DNA of 64,000 nucleotides from positions 48,672,001 to 48,736,000 of the forward strand of contig CM059432.1 in the NCBI GenBank assembly GCA_030390025.1, written 5' to 3'. This DNA is from Squalus acanthias. Its lineage: Eukaryota. The notes under the pieces were generated by a model, which saw nothing but the letters and a program-made list of their open reading frames with translations, had not been told where the DNA came from and searched no databases. Of the stretch, positions 51,260-64,000 are shown in pieces. The position numbers and the translations under genes were made by a program. Each line of letters begins with the position of its first letter. Position 1 is the first letter of the stretch.

Positions 51260-53977
51260 TGGGGCGATTTTAACTTGGCCCACCTGGCGGAAATAGGGCA
51301 GTCGTTTTTTTTATTATTCGTTTAAGGGATCTGGGCGTCACTGGCAAGGCCAGCATTTATTGCCCATCCCTAATTGTTGGTGGTGGATGGGGTGCCAATC
51401 AAGCGGGCTGCTTTGTCCTGGATGGTGTCGAGCTTCTTGAGTGTTGTTGGAGCTGCACTCATCCAGGCAAGTGGACAGTATTCCTTCACACTCCTTACTT
51501 GTGCCTTGTAGATGGTGGAAAGGCTTTGGGGAGTCAGGAGGTGAGACACTCACTGCAGAATACTTAGCCTCTGACCCGCTCTTGTTGCCACAGTATTTAT
51601 GTGGCTAGTCCAGTTAAGTTTCTGGTCAATGGTAATCCCCAGGATATTGATGGTGGGGGATTCGGCGATGGTAATGTCATTGAATGTCAAGGGGCGGTGG
51701 TTAGACTTTCGCTTGTTGGAGATAGTCATTGCCTGGCACTTTTTTGGCCAGAATGTTACCTGCCACTTATCAGCCCAAGCCTGAACGTTGTCCAAGTCTT
51801 GTTGCATGCGGGCATGGACTGCTTCATTATCTGAGGATTTGTGAATGGCGCTGAACACTGTGCAGTCATCAGCGAACATCCCCATTTCTGACCTTATGTT
51901 GGAGGGAAGGTCATTGATGAAGCAGCTGAAGATGGTTGGGCCTAGGACACTGCCCTGAGGAACTCCTGCAGCAATGTCCTGGGGCTGTGATGATTGACCT
52001 TGAACCACCACAACCATCTTCCTTTGTGCTCGGTATGACTCCAGCCAATGGAGAGTTTTCCCCCCGATTCCCATTGACTTCAGTTTTACTAGGGCTCCTT
52101 GATGCCACACTTGCTCAAATGCTGCCTTGATGTCAAGGGCAGTCACTCTCACCTCACCTCTGGAATTCAGCTCCTTTGTCCATGTTTGGACCAAGGCTGT
52201 AATGAGATTGGGAGCCGAGTGGTCTTGGTGGAACCCAAACTGGGCATCAGTGAGCAGGTTATTGGTGAGTAAGTGCCGCTTGATAGCACTGTTGATGACA
52301 CCTTCCATCACTTTGCTGATCATTGAGCGTAGACTGATGGGGCAGTAATTGACTGGATTGGATATGTCCTGCTTTTTGTGGACAGGACATACCTGGGCAG
52401 TTTTCCGCATTGTCGGATAGATGCCAGTGTTGTAGCTGTACTGGAACAGCTTGGCTAGAGGCGCGGCTAGTTCTGGAGCACAAGTTTTCTGCACGATAGC
52501 CGGGATGTTGTCGGGGCCCATAGCCTTTGCTGTATCCAGTACATCAGCTGTTTCTTGATAGCACGTGGAGTGAATCTAATTGGCTGAAGACTGGCTTCTG
52601 TGATGGTAGGGACCTCAGGAGTAGGCCGATATGGATCATCCACTCGACATTTCTGGTTGAAGATGACTGCAAACGCTTCAGCCTTGTTTTTTGCACTCAC
52701 GTGCTGGGCTGCACCATCATTGAGGATGGGGATATTCATGGAGCCTCCTCCTCCCGTTAGTTGTTGAATGGTCCACCACCATTCACGACTGGATGTGGCA
52801 GGACTGCAGAGCTTTGATCTGATCCGTTGATTGTGAGATCGCTTAGCCCTGTCTATAGCATGCTGCTTCTGCTTTTTAGCATGCATGTAGTCCTGTGTTG
52901 CAGCTTCCCCAGGTTGGCACCTCATTTTTAGGTACGCCTGGTGCTGCTCCTGGCATGCTCTTCTACACTACTTACTAAACCAGGGTTGGTCCCCTGGCTT
53001 GATGGTAATGGTAGAGTGAGGGATATGCTGGGCCATGAGGCTACAGATTGTGGTGGAATACAATTCTGCTGCTGCTGATGGCCCACAGCGCCTCATGGAT
53101 GCCCAGTTTTGAGCTGCTAGACCTGTTCTGAATGTATCCCATTTAGCACGGTGGTAGTGCCACACAACATGATGGAGGGTGTCCTCAGTGTGATGACGGG
53201 ACTTCGTCTCCACAATGACTGTGCGGTGGTCACTGCTACCAATACTGTTATGGACAGATGTATCTGCGACAGGTAGATTGGTGAGGACGAGGTCAAGTAG
53301 GTTTTTCCCTTGTGTTGGTTCTCTCACCACCTGTCGCAGGCCCAGACTGGCAGCTATGTCCTTCAGGTCTTGGCCAGCTCGGTCAGTAGTGGTGCTACCG
53401 AGTGGTCTTAAAATAGCTGAAAGTCAATCTTATCTTGGCTCGCCTGGCACAAATGGGGCGGTAGCAGCCTTAAAGTAGCTGTGCTGCACTTTTCCCTAAT
53501 AGATCCCACCCACCACCATATTTCCCGGTGCCTTCCGCTGGGCAGCCCAGGCGCCTCATCAATTTATGCAAATTGGGGTCCTATGACGTACATAGGACCC
53601 CAATGCAACTTTGAGGGACAACTGTGTGCCGTCTTCGCTGTGCATGCTCCGCCCAGTTGTACCAGGAGGTGAACCAGAAAAGGTCTCAAAAGCTAAGTAC
53701 AGAATTATTTTTGTGGGGCCAGGAGGAGCAAGAAAATGTTGTGGGCAATTGCCACCATGGGCTCTCCCCTCCGCAATCCGTCACCTCCCCACCCCGACCT
53801 ACCTTTCTGCTGACCGTCTCAGAGCTGACAGGCTGCAGAGGGATTCCCGTTCAGGGTGTGCAGTTTGGCGACAGCATGGTAATGAGCCCTCGAAATAGAC
53901 TGGACACCTCACCAGCAGGAACGGCCGGGTGGTCCTCCACTGCCCGTCGTTCCATGTCTGGAGTTAAAATCCGCCCC
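51260..53977. mobile_element. MITE-like element split by a LINE insertion (51260-51304 and 53403-53977)
   Basis: GGGGCGATTTTAACT / AGTTAAAATCCGCCCC termini; joined flanks match 8561-8625. Confidence 0.72.
51305..53402 (-). mobile_element. ORF1-less CR1-clade LINE, 5'-truncated, with an internal deletion near the 3' end
   Basis: 323-aa RT ORF 51550-52521; poly-T tail at ~51305; deletion junction near 51375. Confidence 0.93.
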
Positions 53978-55250
53978 ATTAATGTTGGATTGGATAGCAG
54001 CAATTAGTTACTCATAAGGTAATAAAGTCATTCATGGGTGAATTGCCATCAAATTTATATATACACCGAAAACTGACTAAACTCCCACAGTGAGGATAAG
54101 ATGTGCTTGAACCCTCTCAAGGCACAAGATGGGAATAAAATAAAAATGCTGAAATTTGGGATATTAAACATTGACTTATTATGGCTTGCGTGTGTATTCC
54201 CTGCAAAGCACTGACATTAATTGGCCTGAATAATTGTTTCTTTTATGAAATATGAAGAATGGAAGATGGTACAGCACCTTTATTACATGTGACCTTTCTT
54301 TCTTAAAACATCAGAACCCCAGAGTTAAGACATCTTGGACCAAAAGTCATTGGTTACTCTGAAGTGTGAATGTGTATAAAACTGAAATGATGAAAAACAA
54401 TTGAAAACAATTTTATTTCTGTAAAACAACATGCTTTTAGACACATTAAATACCCACTCTTATCAAATAAACCAAAGAGTAAAACCTAAGAATCATGGCT
54501 CCTGGGACACAAAAGAGTGCCCATTAATCTGAAGCGTCTGGCTCTGAGGCTATACTGTATTGCAAAAGTCTCAGTATCATGACATTGGGATGAGAATTTA
54601 AATTTATTTGTGAAAAAGCTTGTAGATTGAAAAATTAAGGCATTTAAACCTAATTCAAAGTACTAATCTCACCATAGACTCACCATATGAATCTCCTCAT
54701 CCTATTTCCTTCTCCCTCCCTCTGATTAGATTTCCAGGGATGTATGAAAAAAACATTCAATAAGTGAAAGTTTAAGATTAAACACCACTGTTGTGATTCC
54801 GGCCTTGTCCCCTGCTGTAACTGTGGGAAGTCGTGTCACCATACACACAGTCATGGTATTTTCCTCTTTGCCCATGACATTGTAATTTTTTTAAAATCAG
54901 AAACTAACCACTAAATATCCAAAAACTATGATATTCATAAATTTACCCAGAATCATCTAACTCAGATCACTTGGGATTCAGAATATGATTGTGTTCTTCT
55001 CATCCCTATCATCATAACATTCCAAATTATACTTAGAATAAAACTGACAGCCTTCTCTGATTCGAGCTTCAGCTGTTGGCATAGTTTGATTTAAAGTAAC
55101 TATTACGTTACGATAAAATTTTAAGAGCTTGTTATATAATGAAAGTCACTTTGAGCCATGTATCCTTCCTGACCTGTCAGTGTGACTGATGGTGCTACGC
55201 GGGCTTAATTTATCCCAGGATGACTTGTCCGTTACTGAAGCTTATTTCTA

Positions 55251-55418
<168 letters not shown>

Positions 55419-57699
55419 TTAAAATAGAACAACAATTCCTACAGTTTATTGCCTCAATTTGGCAGAACAGTTCAAAAGAATCTGATCACTGCTGGGTTCT
55501 TATGAGATTTGCATTTCCCATCTATTGCGTGTGATGCATATCTACATAGCACTATCACATTGGTTCTTTACCTCTTTTATAGGAATGTAAAGCAGATTTT
55601 GCAATGACAAGCGCTTGATTAAAATTTATCAGATGCAATAATATTGTCCTGCATTTTATGACAAATGAGGCTTTCAGAAATATTATATTAGAGCTGATTT
55701 AACTCTTTACTGATACAAATCTATACGACTTACATAAAATAGACAAGTAGGCTCATTTGAAAAAAATGTGCAATAATATTAATAAACAATAACGTGTTCA
55801 CCATTTCAGAACTAAAATCGTTGCAATTCTAGGAGTTGAATGCAGCAAAATCCTAGCATGTTGTATTAGCTGGTAAAATAGTTACATGATACCTTGGGTT
55901 TTATTTCTTTCATTTTTGGAGGCTGAAACTCCCAGGATACAGTCTATCTACATTCAACACACTGACACCGTTTCTTCCATGCAATTGCTCATTAATGCAA
56001 TGGGAAATCAATTGCACCTATGGAGAGATATTCTGCCCATGGCATTATACCGATTTATTGCACAACATGCACTAGCACATCAGTTTATAATCATTGCATT
56101 GGGTTTGACATCTAAAAAGACTTAAACTTGCAAAAACATATTTACTCTGTCCAATCTGGCACCTCTCTTTCGGCCCAAATCATTTTCAAAGTTAATTGGG
56201 GTATTGCAGAATGAATCCTGTTAATCTTGTAGTCTTATTACACTATCATTTTTAACGTGAAGGAGTTTTTTTTAACCAAATGGCTGTTGTCTAATCAAAT
56301 ATTACTACCAAATGAAATATATTCATATCTTAAATATCACATAATTTCCCTAAAAGTTAAATGAGAAAGATACTTCATATTTCAGATGACACAAGCAAAA
56401 TGGCCTCTTATTTTTTTTTGCTGTAGTTCACAGAAGTCAAAGCTTATTTATAAGCATTGTCAATAACAAGAAAACTTAATGCAGGGAACATTAAGCACAA
56501 AGTGTATCTCAGTAATTTCAATTGTCAGATGTCAGGTGCATTTACTAAAGACCAATGAGATTTTGGTAGTATTTAGATAACAAAATTCAAATGACATCTT
56601 TAAGTCAAACCCTGAAGAAATTTGATTGAAATGTTTCTTTCCTTGATATATTCAGGTAGATGTAGGATGTGCTTGATGCTTATATTGTGTAATTATATTT
56701 GTGTTTCAATATGACCTTAGAGCTGAAGGACAATAGCACGTTTAATGTGCTTGTATGACTGTGTGCTGTGCTGAATACAAAGAAGATTTTAGCATTTAAT
56801 TAACTGAGGGAAATGAAAAGGGACATTGAGGTATGTTTTCCCCTTTTGATTCTAGGTTCATTAACATTCCTATGTTTGAGATTTATTGCTGCTAATGTCC
56901 TTCCATGTGAAACTTGCCGAGTTTTCTGTGGGAAGCAATCTTTCACTGCTTTGGCAGCAATGTTAACACCAGAAATGTGTGGCCAATCCTGCCTTCCCTC
57001 TGATAATGCTGGCTTCACATTTATCAAACGGTTTAACAGCTGCTTAACTAATGTTCGTGAGACTCGCTGATGCCAACCCAGCTGCATGGACCACAGTTCT
57101 GGGGCTACCATGTCTCATTTGTGCACTTGGAAAGCTCATTTCATGGATGAGGCTCCATCTCAATTCGTGGATGCAGTGCTCAACTGGAAAGAGGCATTTT
57201 CGGGCTAACAGAAATCAATATCGCCAAGGCCAGATGCCAGCATACCTGGCATGAAGCTGCAAACAGGATAAACACTGTGTTCCCAAGTTCTGGGGCTACC
57301 ATGTTCCTGGGCTTGCGAAAATGTACCTATTATTGTCTAGTAAAGTTTATTATAAGATCAATGACCAAATTTGTTAATAGAGGTAAATGCAATAATGCAA
57401 TTAGTGACATGGCATCAGTCATGTCTAACAATAATTTTTCAGTACATATAAAGAAAACAATGCAAAATTACTTTGCAAATGTTAATGCACAGATACAGCA
57501 TATATTGCAGTACGATGAGCAATAATATTAATTGTTTGGAATTATAAAATTAAGACTGATGAAGCATCTTGGTGTTTTTGGCTTTTTCTTAATTTAGCTG
57601 TTGGTCTTAACTTTCATAGTAATGTGAGTGCAACACTGAAGAAGCGCACAGTTCAAGGGTATTCATGTGGCGGGTGTAAGGACCTTGGTAAAATGGGAG

Positions 57700-58800
57700 G
57701 AGGAACGGTTGGTGTATTGGGGACTGGAGGGATTATTCGAGTGCGCGATGATTTGCTGCCTCACAGCGCTAGCAACTGGTGTGATTGGTGGCCCTTGCTC
57801 TTTATCAGCATCCTGCTCTTCCTGCTCCTTCACTTCCTCCTCCCCAGGTGTCTCTAGGGGTTGGTCCCTTTGCTCATGGAGGACGTAGCAGACGATGATA
57901 CATTTGGAAACTCTGTCAGGGGTGTACTGTAGAACGTCACCAGAACGGTCTGCTTCAGAAGTCAGACGGTCTGCTCCATGAGGCATGGCTCTGATTGTAG
58001 CGCTCCTTAGCGTCTGTGCCCAGGTTCCTGACAAGAGGCATGAGTCAGGTGGTCAGGGAATACTCCCTGTCCCAAAGCAGCCAGCCTCTGACCTGATGAT
58101 CTTGGTGGAATAGAAGAGGTATTCAGGACTAGCACAGGATAAAGGCAGCATGACTACTGCCAGTAATCCGGGTAATGACCTGCGTAATGTGCTGCCTGTC
58201 ATCACACATGAGCAAGACATCCAGGGAGTGGCATCTCTTCCTGTTGACATGGATTCCTGGGTCTTCACATGGAGCACATAAGGTATTGTACTTGCAGTCT
58301 ATAATGCCTTGTATCCGTGGGTGCCTGCTAGCCTGGCAAGGCTGCAGCTCCAGGGGGAAGGAGATGAATTGATTCCTCTTGGAGTAAAGCACTTCTGCCA
58401 TATCTCTGATGCAGCGGTAAACTGCAAACTGGATGATGTTGCTTATGTCACCTGTTCCAGACTGGAATGATCTTGTGGAATAGAAATGAAGGCCCACTGT
58501 CACCTTGACAGCTACAGGCAGTGCTGTCCATGCCTTGGTGCGAGGCTCCTGCTGGTACTGCAACAGGTGACACAGCTCAGTGAAAGTGTCCCTCGTGAAG
58601 CGGAGGTGCCAAACGCACTGCTCCTCAGTCAAGTTGTGGTAGAAAATGCGGTTCCTAAATATATCATGGTGTAGGGCCTCTGGTGCCTTCTCCTCCTTCG
58701 CCCTCTTCTAGCACCATCTCCTGGTCTGCGCACTTAGCCTTGCTACTGCTCCTCGTCCTCTACCCGCAATGGTGGACTCAGCAGAACACTCATGATAAGA
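57700..58800 (-). pseudogene. Old degraded Harbinger transposase remnant
   Basis: HLRFTRDTFTELCHLL, TALPVAVKVTVGLHFY, QGIIDC, NRKRCHSL, GSSHAAFIL motifs. Confidence 0.85.
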
Positions 58801-58842
58801 ACAATAGTGCGGAATGCAAAGCACAGAAACACTTCTGCATCT

Positions 58843-59400
58843 CAACAACAACAACAACTTGCATTTATATAGTGCCTTTAACATAGTAAAAAGTCCAAAG
58901 GCACTTCACAGGAGCGTTATCAAACAAAATTTCACACCGAGCCACATAAGGAGATATTAAGACAGGTGACCAAAAGCTTAGTCAAAGAGGTAGGTTTTAA
59001 GGAGCATCTTAAAGGAGGAAAGAGAGGCAGAGAGATTTAGGGAGGCAATTCCAGAGCTTAGGGCCTAGGCAGCTGAAGGCACAGCTGCCAATGGTGGAGC
59101 GATTAAAATAGGGGATGCGCAGGTATCTCGGAGGGTTGTAGGACTGGAGGAGGTTACAGAGATAGGGAGGGGGGAGGCCACGGAGGGATTTGAAAACAAG
59201 GATGAGAATTTTAAAATTGAGGCATTGCCGGACAGGGAGCCAATGTAGGTCAGTGAGCACGGGGGCGATGGGTAAACGGGACTTGGTGAGAGTTAGGGTA
59301 CGGGCAGCAGAATTTTGGATGGGCCCAAGTTTATGCAGGGTGGAAAATGGGAGGCCAGGAGAGCGTTGCAATAGTCATGTCTAGAGGTAACAAAAGCATA
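58843..59400 (-). mobile_element. L2-type LINE 3' end
   Basis: IQNSAAR..LTDLHWLPVRQCLNFKILILVFKSL; (GTT)n tail. Confidence 0.9.
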
Positions 59401-59784
59401 TTCTGAAATATTAGTATTTATGTAAACATCACAATATGTGATTTGAAAATATTGAAAATGGCCACTCAAGAAGGCTGAAATTCCATGCAAGAAGTAACAG
59501 CCTAAGGGTTAAAGCATCCCTTTTATTGTTACAATAATTCAAACTGAAATATCAGTGATAGAGTAATGAACTCAACTTACATTTTATACTGCATGGAGTT
59601 AAATAGAATAACTGATAGTAATCCATTGAATACGGAATTTACTGGAGTCAGCAGTGGAGCTTTCACAATTTAAATCACAGATTTTTACATCATAGAGGGA
59701 GGCTGTTTGGCCCATGATGCCTATGCCAGCTCTCTGAAAGAAGTATCTACTTGGCCCCATATTCCTGCCAGTAGAATAAGTACT

Positions 59785-59960
59785 GGCTGGGTCAAAATCC
59801 TGGAACTCCCTACCTAACAGCACTGTGGGAGTACCTTCACCACACGGACTGCAGCGGTTCAAGAAGGCGGCTCACCACCACCTTCTCAAGGGCAATTAGG
59901 GATGGGCAATAAACGCTGGCCTTGCCAACGATGCCCAGATCCCATAAGTGAGTAAAAAAC
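59785..59960 (+). mobile_element. 3' end fragment of the ORF1-less CR1-clade LINE
   Basis: Matches 33688-33860. Confidence 0.85.
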
Positions 59961-61185
59961 AACTGTAGCAGCTATGACTGCAGTGAACATTATGACCTGT
60001 CTCCATCAATCACAGTCATCCAAGTGCCACATGTAATAAGCTGACCCATACCCTTTTAGTTTTTCGTTTCAAATTTTCTTGAGCCTAGTGTGCTTGCCAG
60101 TTATCTCCCTGACTCTTTTGCAATAAATTCAACAGCATGCTAGCAAGTCCCCTTTATATCATTAAAAACATAAAAACACTTCAGATTCACCTTTATTTCC
60201 ATTATTAAAATGTACATTTTAACACAATTTAACATCAGCTAAATAATCAATTTTCTTTTCAATCACTACTGTCTTTATACGTGAAAATCAGCTCCTCTGA
60301 GGTCGAGATTTCATCAAGCCTAATGGTCAGCTTACTACTTGTGACACTGAGGTGACTGTGATTGAGAGGGCCAGGTCACAATGTTCATTGCACAGAGGTC
60401 AGGCCAGTGCTGCTGCAGTATCTATTGTACTGTCGTTAGAACCCAGATCACCAACATGATATAATTTATACCTGCAGACAATGAAAACATTTTCACTAAT
60501 TCAATGTGCATGGAAGATCCTTACTTGTTTAGTTTCAATTGTGAGAGACCGATGCCCATGCACTGACTCCGCACGTTTACACTGCTAAAACCAACGCCCT
60601 TATTCTGACACCAGAATCATGAGCCTACTAAAACTGGGCCTAAGGTTCTGCCACCCAGACAGGGGAGCAGATTGTATCAGTGTAAATGCTGGGACATTGC
60701 ACGGACACTGCTCAATCTGAATTAAACAGGCACTGAGAGATTTCAAAAATGTTCAGCAGTCATTTTAACAATTCTGGGAAATGAATTAGGTTAAAATATC
60801 TCAAGGAAAGAAAAAAAAAGTACTTCTAACAGGTCTTCACATATATCTTGCACAATTTCCATAATGTTTTACATCACTCCCTTGCAGAAAAATGGGAAAG
60901 AGTGAATGACCGCACAAACTGATGTCAGTGTTAAAAGAGGCATGGGCCCCAAAACCCCGAGGGGTCTGCTCTAGCAGTCCCAGTGCAGCAGACCAGAACC
61001 CTTGTCCACACACGCTGATAGCCACAGACTCCGCCGCAAATTTCAGGGGTGGACACATCAGCAGTGCCTAACCTGAACTGACGGCCGGAATATCAGACTG
61101 GCGCAATGCTGCTCTGAGAGGAGGCCTGGTGAGAGCCCCAAAATTCCTTTGCTTTACATCTTCTGCTGCAAATGGAGCAAGTGGG

Positions 61186-61574
61186 GGTACAGTAGCATAG
61201 TGGTTATGTTACTGGACTAGTAATCCAGAGGCCTGGACTAATGATCCAGAAACATGAGTTCAAATCCCACCATGGCAGCTGGGGAATTTAAATTAAGTTA
61301 ATTAAATAAATCTGGAATAAAAAGCTAGTATTAGTAATGGTGACCATGAAACTACCAGATTGTTGTAAAAACCCATCTGGTTCTCTAATGTCCTTTAGGG
61401 AAGGAAATCTGCCATCCTTGTCTGGTCTATATGTGACTCTTAACTGCCCTCTGAAACAAGCCACTCAGTTATCAAGAAGACAGCTCATCACCACCCTCTC
61501 AAGGGCAATTAGGGATCGGCAATAAATGCTGGCCTTGCTGGCAATGCCCACATCCCGTGAATAAAGAAAAAAAA
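61186..61574 (+). mobile_element. tRNA-headed SINE-like internal-deletion derivative of the LINE at 30688
   Basis: Same 5' ~285 nt and same 3' tail as 30688-33863, poly-A, 7-bp TSD AAGTGGG (61179-61185 / 61575-61581). Confidence 0.9.
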
Positions 61575-62475
61575 AAGTGGGCCTCTTAGGTTAGGGTAAT
61601 CAATCCCCATGTGGGATTTCCCTAGTACATTTCTGGGGCCTCATGGCCCTAGTGGGAGACCTGGCATGAGTTCTGCTGAGAAATATAGACAGCAGGAAGG
61701 GCAGAATTCCTCTGGTAACCCAGGAACTCCTATGGTAGTCCAGACAAGCCCTTGGCATGGGGCAGCAGGTGGAATATCCGACCATACCAGGTGAGTGGAA
61801 ATCAGGATTTCCATCCTTCTCGGGGCCACTGAAGGACCAACAGGCAGAACAACTATGCATCACTTTCACTGCATGTGCATGATATGCATGTGATTCAACA
61901 ATACAGAAATAAAACTGTAACAAACAGATCTGAATTCTGGTAAACCTGCTAACTGTATTACACTTTAAGAGATTACTTTTTTATTTCAGACTGTTCTATT
62001 TCTAGCAAAACTACCCTTATTAAAATTCTTTCAAATGGTTCTTGGGGAATTCATGAATTTCAATTAAGTTTTATATGTGTACTGATTATATGCTTGAAGC
62101 AAAGGATATCTACCATCTATTTTGTAAATTAAAACTTATGAACAGTTTTGCTTGCCAACAACAGTAATAGATGCATCCCATTACCACATATTATATAGTG
62201 TGTGTAACCTGCAATTTCCAGTTACCATAAGCTATGCATTCTCTGCCTATTTAATTGCTATTAAGTCCCAGGTGTTTTTTTAAAAAAGACTAACACAAGA
62301 ACCAACACAAATTGACAGGATATGCAGCCAGCAGGTGGTTTGACACGTTGGACCCCCTGGGACACATCTCATTGTCTTGGCTGTACTCTTAGTGTGTCTT
62401 TGATGTAGGGAAAGATTTGAATAGATTTTGTCTGTGTTTAAATTGTGAATTCTGGGAGATTCTCTCACTGCTAAC

Positions 62476-62514
62476 TTACCTGAGGAAGGAGCGAATAGCT
62501 CCGAAAGCTTGTAA
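62476..62514 (+). ncRNA. Minimal hammerhead ribozyme motif (Penelope-type, family B) within a short PLE end (to ~62562)
   Basis: UUAC-CUGAGGA-A-GGAGC gaaua GCUCC-GAAA-GCU-U-GUAA; downstream sequence matches 1051-1114. Confidence 0.75.
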
Positions 62515-63460
62515 AATTAAATAAATCTGTTGGACTATAACCTGGTGTTGTGCGACTTCTCATTATTTAATTGCTTACACTGAAACACTGGTGGACATGC
62601 TGGAGAACAATCTCCTTCCCTCCCCCTTTTCACACCTGTGTTGTGAGGCAGAGGGGGGACAATATTAAACAAAGAGAAAAATAAATACACTTTTAAACTG
62701 AAATTCAGACATGAAACAAAATTAACGTACCCTGTCACCATTTCAAATCCCTAAGTAGCAACTATAGATTCAAAATTCCTACAACATGACAGCTCAACTC
62801 CAACATTCTGTTTCCTTTTCTTTTTGTTTCTGTACTTATGTTGAATTACAGACATTAAAATATCATCCTAGCTTTATGACAGAGTTCCAGCACCTTCTGT
62901 TTGAAATTAAATGTAGATTAACTTCTGCATCTGTAGCAAAGTGGTAATTAAATTCTCCATCGGCACTAAAGCACCACATCCTCAGTAGCTGCCGGCCGAT
63001 CTCTCATTCCATCATTCCCCAGTATAAGATCCACCTCTGTGATCATAGGTTCAAACATGTGATTGGCCTGGTTGCTAACCACCAAATCTGGCTTAAACAC
63101 CCGAAGACACTGTCTCTCCCTTTCACTAGTAAAATCCATCTCTGGCTCTGTCAGCTAAGTGCTTTTGCAAGCTGCCATTTTAGAATAAAACTTCCATTTT
63201 AGAATAAAGCTTTCTATATAAACTTTGTAGTTTAATTAGGCAGCTAAAGATTGAAGCCTTGGTACCGATATTTACTGGGGAGGGATTTCCAATTGGGGAG
63301 GAGGAGTTCTGGTCGGGCCAGGTGTCCCCGAACACAGCGGAGTTTTAACTCCATGGTGTGCATGTTTTTTTTTTAACAGGTTCCCCAGAGGGAGAGTTGC
63401 GGAGCGGGGGTGGTGGCGTCGGGGAGGAATCGGAGAGAGAGATGGAGTGTCGGGGGAGAG

Positions 63461-64000
63461 TCGGTGATCGCGGGGGGGTCGGTGATCGCGGGGGGGGGGG
63501 GTCGGTGATCGCGGGGGGGTCGGTGATCGCGGGGGGGGGAGTCGGTGATCGCGGGGGCGGGGTTGGTGATCGCGGGGGGGGAATCGGTGATCGCGGGGGG
63601 GGTTGGTGATCGCGAAGGGGTCGGTGATCGCGGGGGGGTCGGTGATCGGGGGGGGGTCGGTGATCGCGGGGGGGGGTCGGTGATCGCGGGGGGGAGTCGG
63701 TGATCGCGGGGGGGGTTGGTGATCGCGGGGGGGTGATCGCGGGGGGGTCGGTGATCGCGGGGGGGGTCGGTGATCGCGGGGGCGGGGTTGGTGATCGCGG
63801 GGGGGGTGTCGGTGATCGCGGGGGCGGGGTTGGTGATCGCGGGGGGGTCGGTGATCGCGGGGGCGGGGTCGGTGATCGCGGGGGGGGTTGGTGATCGCGG
63901 GGGGGAGTCGGTGATCGCGGGGGGGGTCGGTGATCGCGGGGGGGGGGGAGTCGGTGATCGCGGGGGGGGTCGGTGATCGCAGGGGGGGAGTCGGTGATCG
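63461..64000 (+). repeat. G-rich minisatellite, unit TCGGTGATCGC(G)n of ~17-21 bp, about 29 copies, running off the window
   Basis: Directly visible tandem array with variable G-tract length. Confidence 0.97.

Noticed and set aside
61186..61270. Possible functional tRNA gene (also ~18430-18508)
   Set aside because: No proper acceptor stem, a duplicated arm, and continuity with a retroposon body and tail.
63358..63976. Gly/Arg-rich ORFs (GGVGDRGG repeats)
   Set aside because: Translation of the minisatellite; no splice or homology support.
63461..64000. CRISPR-like array
   Set aside because: No unique spacers, only variable G runs; eukaryotic context.

Overview
Eukaryotic, repeat-dense DNA, most likely from a cartilaginous fish (shark); this is inferred from the repeat families and the gene. 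The only host gene I can support is the 3' end of RALYL (hnRNP C/RALY family) on the minus strand: three coding exons at 55256-55369, 36951-37129 and 35133-35171, with consistent GT-AG boundaries and phases. Its upstream exons appear to lie beyond the window. Most other recognisable sequence is transposon-derived. (1) A PIF/Harbinger system: one near full-length two-gene element (spliced Myb/SANT gene plus convergent DDE transposase, ~44562-50134), three remnants and over a dozen GC-rich MITEs, several with clear 3-bp TSDs. (2) CR1 and L2 LINE fragments and a DeuSINE. (3) A hAT-type MITE and a 1.67-kb solo LTR. (4) Penelope-like element ends carrying minimal hammerhead ribozymes of two families. 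(5) An ORF1-less APE-RT LINE with a tRNA-like 5' head containing a duplicated anticodon arm, together with its internally deleted SINE-like derivative. The window ends in a G-rich minisatellite. Most ORFs in the track are TE fragments or antisense shadows. No searches were run, so family names come from recognition, and many element boundaries are approximate.
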